Origin: Octopus sinensis
Taxonomy: Eukaryota
NCBI RefSeq assembly: GCF_006345805.1
Contig: NW_021827325.1
Location: forward strand, 1 to 10,698
Length of the DNA stretch: 10,698 nt
Direction: 5' to 3'
Shown: positions 1 through 8,235 of the stretch, one piece after another
Position numbering within the stretch: the stretch's first letter is position 1
Layout of the letters: each line of letters begins with the position of its first letter
Notes under the pieces: generated by a model
What the model saw: only the letters and a program-made list of their open reading frames with translations
Told to the model about the DNA's origin: nothing
Database searches by the model: none
Program-made: the position numbers and the translations under genes

Positions 1-114
1 CTGAGTTGTTGTTTATGTGATGCATTGTCGGTGACACACGCTAACCCATTCACTTTCGAACATTTCAATAAGTTACACAACAACCTACATTCTCCTTCAC
101 CACTATTCTATTGC

Positions 115-115
<1 letters not shown>

Positions 116-145
<30 letters not shown>

Positions 146-208
146 CTTCTTCTTCTTCTTCTTCTTCTTCTTCTTCTTCTTCTTCTTCTTCTTCTTCTTC
201 TTCTTCTT
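116..208. repeat. (CTT)31 perfect trinucleotide microsatellite
   Basis: Uninterrupted CTT units from 116 to 208; explains the poly-Ser ORF 25..252. Confidence 0.98.
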
Positions 209-533
209 TGTTCCTCTCCTCCCTTTCCTCATTCTTCAGCAAACTTGATTGATATCAAGTGAAAAAGAAACCTCATCATGTTTTTATTACTTACAGAAGA
301 GAAAAAAGAAAGTGAGAGGAAGAGACCGAGAGATATAAACGAAAAGTTTACTCAGTAGAAACTCTGATCAGATGATTTACACAATTTAGTTTCCTGCCTC
401 ATAGTTATGAGTTCAAATTCCATTGGGTTTGACTTCGTTTGTCTTTCCTCCTTCCTGAAGTTGATAATATAGGTGTCGGTAATATATTGTGATAAATTCA
501 ATCAACAATACAGCTTATCTTCTGCAATATAAC

Positions 534-551
534 GTGTGTGTGTGTGTGTGT
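534..551. repeat. (GT)9 microsatellite
   Basis: Direct reading. Confidence 0.95.
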
Positions 552-1020
552 CTTCCAGTGTCTACACATCAATTTCATCGACTATATTTGTCTAAAGTAC
601 AACATCTGTATTTGGCTGTGACTGCTCGCCGCTAAAGAGATTTTTGTAAATGTGTAAATGTATCTTTCCAGGAAGAAGAAAGAGCAAAGTAATGCAGAAT
701 TTGTCAATTTGCAGATAGTTTCAATAACCGAAAGACAGTAAAACAAAAGTCGTTCTCTTCTGCAAAAATTTCCAACATAGGTCCTGTATTTTCCTTCGGG
801 ATTTGATTGATTGCAAGAGCGATCTTTATAGATTCTATCTCAATATATTGAATTTAGCTTGTGCGCTCTAAACAATTGGTATTCATGGTCGGGCGATGAA
901 GCATCTCAACAATTAAGATATCAACAAAATTAATTGCACTAAAAGAAAAGGAAAAAAAAAATAACAACAGTTACATATAATAATACGCACACATATACAC
1001 GCACACAAAACAATGAAGAA

Positions 1021-1066
1021 AAAATGGCGCAATAGTAAATCGCCATGCAATTAATCAAAATGGCGA
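1021..1066. promoter_or_regulatory. Cluster of three YY1/Pho-like ATGGCG cores
   Basis: AAAATGGCG 1021-1029, CGCCAT 1041-1046 (reverse), CAAAATGGCG 1056-1065. Motif match only. Confidence 0.25.
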
Positions 1067-2100
1067 TCGGTGGAGAAAGTTGAATAAGAGGGAAATAAAC
1101 AGAAATCAGAATAAAAGATAAAAAGTGTTATGAAATAAAAAGAAAGAATTCTTAATGTAGTGTGGATTCAAGGAGGAGTATATTGGTCAAAAACTCTCTT
1201 TCTTGGCCATTGCAAATAAAAACGACGGGAACAAATTGGAAAAAAGGCAAGTTTATAGGAGTTTGTAGAGGAAATGAAAGCATCTCTCCTCTGTTTGTAA
1301 ATGCTCAGTAAGATCTTTGAAACAAACAATACAATTGCTGTCTCTTTACTGTAGTTAGTCAGTCAGTATCAATAAAAAGATACATAAATTAAAAACTAAA
1401 CAGATGAGAACCAAGAAAACGATTACGTCTTCATTTATGGTGTGCTTCCGATGAACAGCGCCTCTCGATTTATTAATTTGTCGGTTGTTTATAACAGAAG
1501 TTCCAGGAAATTTAAGCACGAAAGCATTACTTTGTAACGAGTAAGAAAAAATGTTGCGTAAGACAAAAAAGTCTTCATAGCTTTTAAAAATGTTATAACA
1601 TTTTGGTTAAACGAAATCCATTCAAAAAAGTTTTATCTGTTCATTTATTTATATATTCATTCATTTTATTTCATGTAGACTCTTTTTTTTCAATAAATCT
1701 TTGTTTTTTTTTTTCTTCTTAAGAAAATGTTCACAAACGTTACAGTAATATTACTGTATTGCATTTAAAACAAACAGGCATGAATTACCAAACCCGAACA
1801 TAATTTTTCTCATATCTTATTTTTAAAGACCCATTTGACGAGACGTTTCTTAAACAATTACTAGCTGGCTACGTTAATTTCCAATCGATGTGGAGTTAAA
1901 TAGATCAAAGTACTTAAGACTAAGGACGTAACCTAACCATTCACCAACAGTATTACGAGAATCAGAAAATCTCCAGAATGAACACTATGATTCCATTTAA
2001 AAGTTTTACACTCTCATGGTCACGGTTTGTGTCAATTTATTGCAGGACAATAATAATTAAAGCACCAATATAGCGTGGGTTAAAAATGTACGCACAAACA

Positions 2101-2172
2101 TCTATCTGTCTGCCTGTCTGCCTTACTGCCTGTCTGCTTGTTTGTCTGTCCGTTCATATGAATACCTGATTT

Positions 2173-2257
<85 letters not shown>

Positions 2258-2286
2258 GTCAGTCTGTCTGTCCATCCGTTCGTCCG

Positions 2287-2359
<73 letters not shown>

Positions 2360-2360
2360 A

Positions 2361-2428
<68 letters not shown>

Positions 2429-2510
2429 ATATCTATCTTTTTATCTACTTATCTGTCTGTCTGTTTGTCTGCCTGTCTATCTATCCATCTATCTATCTAG
2501 CTAGCTTGCT
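2101..2510. repeat. Compound (TCTG)n/(TATC)n tetranucleotide array (GATA/GACA type)
   Basis: Alternating blocks of tatc and tgtc units; explains ORF 2142..2360 (YLSI repeats). Confidence 0.95.
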
Positions 2511-2520
2511 ATCACTAAGT

Positions 2521-2708
2521 TGCTGCTCAGCATGTAAGGAATAGTGGTCAAATCCCTCTAAAATTACACACTTCCTTTTTGAGAATAAAAAGCACTTTCG
2601 ATAACATTATGTTGGGTGCAGTGTGCTTAATAAAACGTCGGGATGGTCATGACTGAACACTGAACATTTCCCTGCTCATTCAGGGCTGACTTGATGCTAG
2701 GTAACAAC
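2521..2708 (+). mobile_element. Possible degraded 3' fragment of a cephalopod SINE ending in an (AAC)-type tail
   Basis: Segments 'cgggatggtcatgactg' and 'tcagggctgacttgatgctaggtaacaac' resemble, from memory, the 3' end of an octopus SINE family. Not verified by alignment. Confidence 0.35.
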
Positions 2709-2739
2709 GTCCACGTCACCAGAGATTGCCAATACAAAC

Positions 2740-2951
2740 ACCACTACCGTCGCCGCCGCCACCGACGCTGCCGCCACCACCGACGCTGCCGCCACCGACG
2801 CTGCCGCCACCACCGACGCTGCCGCCGCCACCATCACCACCAACAACACCACCATCACCACCACCACCACCACCACCACCACCACCACCACCACCACCAC
2901 ACCAACATCACCACCACCACCACCACCAACATCACCACCACCACCACCACC
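2740..2951. repeat. GC-rich compound (CCG/CCA) trinucleotide repeat with higher-order 15/18-bp and 24-bp units
   Basis: accgacgctgccgcc(acc) x4 at 2761-2826, a (CAC)n run, then accaacatc(acc)n x2 at 2901-2951. Explains the poly-His/Pro/Val ORFs. Confidence 0.95.
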
Positions 2952-3033
2952 TTTTTACCAGTACAATTTTTTTTATAGAAGCTTCTTCAGTTCAAGAAAG
3001 ATCTTTTTTAGTGTATGTGAGTGTGCGTGCGCA

Positions 3034-3036
<3 letters not shown>

Positions 3037-3071
<35 letters not shown>
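3037..3071. repeat. (GT)17 microsatellite
   Basis: Direct reading. Confidence 0.97.
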
Positions 3072-3072
<1 letters not shown>

Positions 3073-3129
3073 AAATATATATAGAACAAGTGATAGAGAC
3101 GGAAAATGAATTATACGAGAAACTTTATT

Positions 3130-3236
3130 GCTCACAACGATCGTTTCGACATCTTGCGTCGATCCCTCGCGTGTAAAATACTGTACACCTGGTCGTGGTG
3201 CATCCCTCTCTTCAAACGCATCTCTTCAGGTGATGC
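3130..3236 (-). ncRNA. Type-I hammerhead ribozyme motif with long stem II (left copy, structurally most complete)
   Basis: Minus strand: stem I 5' GC(A)UCAC (3236-3230); core CUGAAGA (3229-3223); 75-nt stem II domain (3222-3148) closed by G-C and A-U, plus UGCGUU/GACGCA and GUGUA/UACAC helices; GAAA (3147-3144); C-GAUC-G mini stem III; GUU triplet (3138-3136); stem I 3' GUGAGC (3135-3130). AATAAA follows immediately (3129-3124). Confidence 0.6.
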
Positions 3237-3335
3237 TATAAGGCGTATCTCGTTAAATAAACTCCATTTCCCTCGGTCTTAATACAGCATTGCGTTAGTG
3301 ACAGTATGTTTAAGCCTAACGGGTTACAAAATCCC

Positions 3336-3443
3336 CTGAAGAGATGGGTATGCACCGAGAGATGTACCACAGCCAATTGTAGAGTATCCCACCCGCGAGG
3401 GAGCGATGCAGGACGGGCGGAAACGATCGTTGTGAGCAATAAA
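3336..3443 (+). ncRNA. Hammerhead core motif, right copy (stem I and stem II closure degenerate)
   Basis: CTGAAGA 3336-3342, 77-nt insert, GAAA 3420-3423, C-GATC-GTT 3424-3431, GTGAGC 3432-3437, AATAAA 3438-3443. The upstream 'aaaatccc' does not pair well with GTGAGC, and the base before GAAA is G rather than C. Confidence 0.4.
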
Positions 3444-3664
3444 GTTTCTCGTATATTCTATTTTCCCTCTGAATCTTTTGTTACATACTCAATGTATAGT
3501 GAGAAATTCCTGCGATAGATCTCCAGCGACAATTGTATAATTAACGTGGAGGACGTCAGGTAGCCATAGGCAGTGAATGTGCTTCATCGGCTAACTAATA
3601 GAACATACTCCACACTGAAATATTTACTTCAGATCAGGTCACTTGCTATGCAAGTACAACTCCG

Positions 3665-3670
3665 TAATAT

Positions 3671-3701
<31 letters not shown>

Positions 3702-3836
3702 GATATATATATATATATATAATATATATTATAATTAGGGCTTAGTAAAATAAAATTACTTTGCCACATACTGAACTTTGTAGAAAAAGCAGCCAATTGA
3801 TTAATAACTAATTAATTTAATTACCCTCAATTGTTG

Positions 3837-3867
<31 letters not shown>

Positions 3868-3880
3868 AATAAAAGGTTAG
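3665..3880. repeat. (TA)n tracts bracketing a ~100-bp AT-rich unit related to the downstream hairpin arm
   Basis: TA runs at ~3665-3732 and ~3837-3869. 'ttataattaggg' at 3729 recurs at 3991, and 'attactttgccacatactgaa' matches the hairpin arm 'attgcttcaccacataccgaa' at 17/21 with all differences being transitions. Confidence 0.65.
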
Positions 3881-3974
3881 AATTAATTAATTAATCACTC
3901 AATTAATCAATTAATAATTTACCAAGTAGATCGTATGTTAAAATAACCTTTATAGGTAAAATTATCACATATTC

Positions 3975-4189
3975 TATAATTATAACATCATTATAATTAG
4001 GGTTAGCTAATTGCTTCACCACACACCGAATGTTAGAAATAGAGTTAAAATTCCTTTTCTACAACTACTACCATAGAATCTGTCAGACAGTAACAACACT
4101 TCTTATGGTAGTAGAAAAGGAATTCTTAACTCCTATTTCTAAATTCGGTATGTGGTGAAGCAATGAGCTGACCATTAATTATAATTATA
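3975..4189. mobile_element. AT-rich foldback / MITE-like imperfect palindrome
   Basis: Arm 3991-4078 aligns to the reverse complement of 4100-4184 with a few substitutions and indels (roughly 85% by eye), leaving a ~21-nt loop. A 9-bp direct repeat atcacatat flanks it (3964-3972 and 4190-4198). Confidence 0.65.
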
Positions 4190-4404
4190 ATCACATATAT
4201 ATATAATATATATATATATACGTAAATGTCGAACGGTGAAAAAGAGTGCTCAACACCGCATCAGTGGATATAACTTTTTATCTGTGAATTTAGGCTTCAA
4301 TTGGCTTCATGGCAAGTATAATAGGAAAATATCCTAGTGTCTTAACAATTTTCTACTTTTCTTAATATGAAACCAATGGTAGCCTTCATTCACAATAAAA
4401 AATT

Positions 4405-4730
4405 ATGTGTATGTGTTATGTAGTATTATAGTATATGTATATATATATAATATATAGATATATATAATATATACATATATACACCACATTATATATATAT
4501 ATATATATATATCTATATATATTTGTGTGTGTGTGTGTGTCCCTGTGTGTTGCACACATACACGCACGCGCACACCTCACATCAGTGCGTATGCATGTGA
4601 ATATATGAGTGGTATATACATATGTATTTCTACGTACTTTCATGTATGTGTGTATATATGTGTGTTAGGATGTATAACTGTATAGTTTTAGTATTAGTGC
4701 GCGCATGATCGTGCGCGTGCGTTTGTGCAC
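4405..4730. repeat. Degenerate compound (TA)/(TG)/(CA)/(GC) alternating purine-pyrimidine region
   Basis: Direct reading; explains ORF 4416..4643. Confidence 0.85.
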
Positions 4731-4861
4731 GCTGCAGAATAACTCTCAATTAATTCGTAGGATTTGATTTTCTAATGACAGTTTAAAATAAGCATCCAGA
4801 GGAAAATCAGTCACAAAACTTATTTATTGGAGACAACTACGATAATAAATAACATCAATAT

Positions 4862-4886
4862 CAACAACAACAACAACAACAACAAC
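4862..4886. repeat. (CAA)8 microsatellite with degenerate continuation
   Basis: Direct reading; followed by an A-rich low-complexity stretch to ~5300. Confidence 0.93.
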
Positions 4887-5383
4887 GCTGACAGCAATAA
4901 CAAAAAGAAGGAAAAGAAGTGAAATTAAGAAATAAAATAAGAAGAAAAAGTCGAGGGAAAGAGAAATGAACTAGCGAAAAACAATAACAGTAATAATAAT
5001 AACAATAGTTACATGAACAACAATTAGGTAAATAAATGAATTTTTTTCTAAAAAAAGAACAAAACAAAACAAAACAGAAGGACGAGACATAAAAACAAAA
5101 ATAAAAGGCAAAACAGAATGCGAAAAGAAAAAGATAAAAAAAAAGAACAACAACAATTAAATGAATTAATGAATGACGATAATATAGAATAAATAAAATA
5201 GAAATATAGTGAAGTTAAATGGCAAAAAGACAGAGAAAAGCAAAGATAAATGTAAAGAAAAATTAACAAAAAAAAAAAAATAATAGCAATAATAAAATTC
5301 AAAATAAAATTGACGACCATCAGTGGAAATGTTGCAACACGGCGAAATCCATTAAACACAAATGGATGATCGAAAAGAAATAT

Positions 5384-5481
5384 TACATACATACATACAT
5401 ATATACATACATACATACATTCATACATACATATATATATGTATAATATGTATGTAATATATATATATATATAATGTATAA

Positions 5482-5523
<42 letters not shown>

Positions 5524-5645
5524 ACGCATATATATTAATAGTTATATAAAATATATATATATATAATATATATATATATATATAGTATAGTATATATATA
5601 TATATATACGCACACACAAAAACACACACCCACACACACATATAT
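5384..5645. repeat. Compound (TACA)n/(TA)n/(CA)n array
   Basis: Direct reading; explains ORFs 5048..5641 and 5535..5744. Confidence 0.93.
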
Positions 5646-5915
5646 GTATTTACGTATGTTATTTAATGTGAAGACTTCAGTTTCAAGTGTTCTGTTCATT
5701 TCGGTCAACTTTAATATTGACAATTTTTCTTCTAAATATAACAAAACATATATTTTTGTTAAAACGAAAAACTAAAACAAAATTGAAAAAAGGGGAAAAA
5801 AAGGGGGAAAAAAGACAGCACTAAAAAAAAGGCAAAAATGATACAAAAACACGCACAAAAGATAAACGATTAAAACAGTCAAAAGAAAAGAAATCGTAAC
5901 CGAAATAAAAAAAAG

Positions 5916-5917
5916 AA

Positions 5918-6010
<93 letters not shown>
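5916..6010. repeat. Adjacent (AAAT)n and (AAAG)n tetranucleotide microsatellites
   Basis: aaat units at 5916-5960 switch to aaag units running to 6010. Confidence 0.96.
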
Positions 6011-6011
<1 letters not shown>

Positions 6012-6122
6012 CAAGAAGCTATGAAGGTATTTTTACGGATCAATTATGGTTTACTTCTGTGTCACTCGGAAACATTTTCTACTGGCCTTCTATGTCGATA
6101 ATATTAACGAATTAAAATTTTC

Positions 6123-6357
6123 GTGTGTGTGTGAGTGAGAGAGAGAGAGAGAGAGAGAGATAGTGCATGCGTGAGTGTGTTTGTGCGTGGGTGTGCTTCA
6201 TTAATGTGTAAAGTATGTGCGTGTACTGATTATATTTATTTATATATATATATTGTGTGTACTCGTGTTACTATATATATATATATATTTTATATATATA
6301 TATATTAATATATATATATATATATATATATTTATTTATATATATATATTATATATA

Positions 6358-6388
<31 letters not shown>

Positions 6389-6639
6389 CTTTACCTATAT
6401 TCTTTGAATTTAGGTATATAGGTATATGTATGAATGTATGTATGCATGTATATGTGTGTGTATATATATATATATATATGTATATTACATGCATGTATGT
6501 ATGCATATATGTATGTGTATATATATATATATATAATTATATATATATAGATATACATACATATATATATATTAATATATATATATACATACATATATAT
6601 ATATGTATATATATATATTCTATATATATATATATGTAT

Positions 6640-6686
<47 letters not shown>

Positions 6687-6740
6687 GTATCTATATATAT
6701 ATTATATATGAATATATATATATATATATATATAATATAA
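6123..6740. repeat. (GT)/(GA) tract followed by a ~500-bp degenerate (TA)n array
   Basis: GT/GA at 6123-6160; TA-dominated at 6231-6740. Explains ORFs 6217..6711 and 6391..6594. Confidence 0.93.
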
Positions 6741-7100
6741 GTATTTCAAATGTTGCATATTCACTTTAATTGAATTATTTATCAACTATTTCTGTTATTT
6801 ATTTAGAATAGATTGCACCTTGACCACGTCACTAGAAGTTCTGTCTTCGTGAGTGGGTTTTGTGTGTGTATGTGCGTGTGCGCACAAACATGAATGAGTA
6901 AACAAACGAAATAAAGCTACAACCAACACACCAGGGTACGGTTACATGAATTTAATATCAGTCTGACTCAGCTGAACATAACTTGAAGTTTCTTGGATTT
7001 AGAATTCGTCTTTCTCATCACAGTGGAATCAGGGTGGAGAGAATTTTAAAAAATTGTAAATGGTTTATAGCTATTTAGGCCTCCACCGATCATTTCAGTT

Positions 7101-7153
7101 CACGTGGGTGTTTTTGCTACTGACGTCACCTATTTTATTGTTAAGACCACGTG
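7101..7153. promoter_or_regulatory. E-box / CRE / E-box motif cluster
   Basis: CACGTG 7101-7106, TGACGTCA 7121-7128, CACGTG 7148-7153. Motif match only. Confidence 0.3.
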
Positions 7154-7370
7154 ATGCGGTCAGGAGGCTAGCCTCGCTTTGTCGAGATTCTGCGATGATA
7201 TATTCGTTCTTTACATTGGATACTGCACAAATGGGGTAGACCAGATATTGACATCTGCCTTTCAATTAGTGACCCTTCTGTAGAGTCTGGCACTTTTTCC
7301 CAATTCTAAATGTAGGCTAATCAACTAAGTGTAAGATAAGTATTGTAAATAAGAGTATTTTCAGTGTCAT

Positions 7371-7840
7371 CAAAACGTCGCAATAGAACACTCGATTGAC
7401 GGTCTGGCCCTGGGAGACGAATTCTCTATGCACAATACCGCGGATGTCGAAAAAAAAAAACGATGAGCATGCTCTTGATTGAGCTGCGGCTCATTTGAAG
7501 TGCTCATGCCACTCGACACATTGCGTACGACCCATTGCCTCGTAGCCGTAAGCCTGTCGGGTCATCTTCAATGTTTCTCTAGTAGATTTCCCAAATTTAA
7601 CACAAAATTTCACGTTGGCTCTTCCCGTTCATGCTTCCCGTTCATGACAGAAATCACAGACTACAGCATACACGTAATCTCAAATAACACAAATTTCACA
7701 AGTCAAGAAGTAAACACGGCGTTGTCACTCGGCACACTGCCTCATGAAGGTGACTGCAAGCTCTCACTGCGCACGCAGCCGTGTGCTACCATCTGTTGGC
7801 ACACTACAAAATTACTCTGTGAACTTTTTAATGCCACATA
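7371..7840 (-). mobile_element. Mariner (Tc1/mariner) DNA transposon fossil, internally deleted and 3'-truncated; transposase pseudogene
   Basis: Minus-strand translation: 7622-7494 gives RANVKFCVKFGKSTRETLKMTRQAYGYEAMGRTQCVEWHEHFK* (mariner N-terminal HTH). 7488-7371 gives RSSIKSMLIV(frameshift in T11)FDIRGIVHREFVSQGQTVNRVFYCDVL (part of the mariner catalytic domain). TIR-like TATGTGGCATTAAAAAGTTC runs inward from 7840 beside TA at 7841-7842. No 3' TIR found. Confidence 0.9.
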
Positions 7841-7907
7841 TATAGAAGACAAGAAATGTAGGAAGAAGTAAACTGACAGGAAAGGAATATAATGCTAGTT
7901 TACTTAC

Positions 7908-8009
7908 TTGTTTTGAATTAATAATGCATTATCTCGCAGCTTCACGATTTCGAAGATTTGATTCTTTATTTTTAGAATGATATTGTAGAGTACGCGTGAG
8001 AAGACAGAT
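7908..8009 (-). other. Candidate 102-nt symmetric (phase 2-2) exon, unverified
   Basis: Perfect GTAAGT donor (7907-7902); first AG (8011-8010) after a 202-nt AG-free pyrimidine-rich zone; open frame SVFSRVLYNIILKIKNQIFEIVKLRDNALLIQN. The acceptor is an unusual GAG and I recognise no homology. Confidence 0.2.
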
Positions 8010-8235
8010 CTCGCACGTTTGAATATACAAAGGTAGAAAAATTGATGCGGTGGAAATGGGAGAAAAGTGAGGAAAAGAAGGCCAAGAAAAAACAATAAGC
8101 GATGATAAAAGACAGCAAGCAGGGTGATAGGCAAAAGGATAAAAACAGAACATAACAGGCACAGTCAAGGTTACAGGTATGGGGAAGAAAGGCCGTTGGA
8201 AGTAAATAGTGAACTGTAAAAAGTATCAAGAATTT

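Larger units (their letters stand above)
3095..3470. mobile_element. Head-to-head inverted repeat, probably paired Penelope-like retroelement terminal repeat (pLTR) fragments
   Basis: 3112-3147 is the exact reverse complement of 3420-3455 (36/36). The inner arms 3151-3230 vs 3335-3414 match ~75% (20 mismatches in 80 by hand), with a gapped outer extension to ~3095/3470 and a ~100-bp non-matching spacer. Each arm reads CTGAAGA...GAAAC-GATC-GTT...AATAAA outward. The inverted repeat is directly seen; the PLE assignment is inferred from hammerhead + AATAAA + inverted arrangement. Confidence 0.7.

Noticed and set aside
221-240. CTGAAGA-ATGAG-GAAA on the minus strand
   Set aside because: The 5-nt spacer cannot form stem II, and there is no stem III or stem I; chance match in a purine tract.
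672-688. 17-nt purine-rich microexon candidate on the plus strand (ctttccag|...|gtaatg)
   Set aside because: Weak donor, length not a multiple of 3, and no supporting context.
2691-3109. Poly-Pro/poly-His/poly-Val ORFs resembling extensin or His-rich proteins
   Set aside because: Three frames are open only because of the CAC/CCG repeat, and the frames run into poly-T and (GT)n.
3236-3518. ORFs 3236..3439 (-) and 3306..3518 (+)
   Set aside because: Short, no recognisable motif, and overlapping the inverted repeat, which is better explained at the RNA level.
4225-4320. Possible third decayed hammerhead/pLTR end on the minus strand (c-ATGAAGCC...GCC-TAAA-TTC, then a CGGTG/CACCG hairpin)
   Set aside because: Both core segments are mutated and stem I does not pair; too degenerate to claim without a family consensus.
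5310-5361. TTGACGA...GGCGAAATCCATT hammerhead-like string and a 7-bp ATCCATT/AATGGAT hairpin
   Set aside because: Core C3 and the G10.1-C11.1 pair are missing and there is no stem I; short hairpins are expected by chance.
25-6711. ORFs rich in S, YI, YLSI, FLS, CV (25..252, 2142..2360, 4416..4643, 4861..5067, 4971..5156, 5048..5641, 5535..5744, 5772..6014, 6217..6711, 6391..6594)
   Set aside because: They are translations of microsatellites or A-rich low-complexity tracts that lack stops in some frames. No domain or splice support.
7479-7871. 130-aa plus-strand ORF
   Set aside because: It is antisense to the mariner 5' region; the real homology is on the minus strand.
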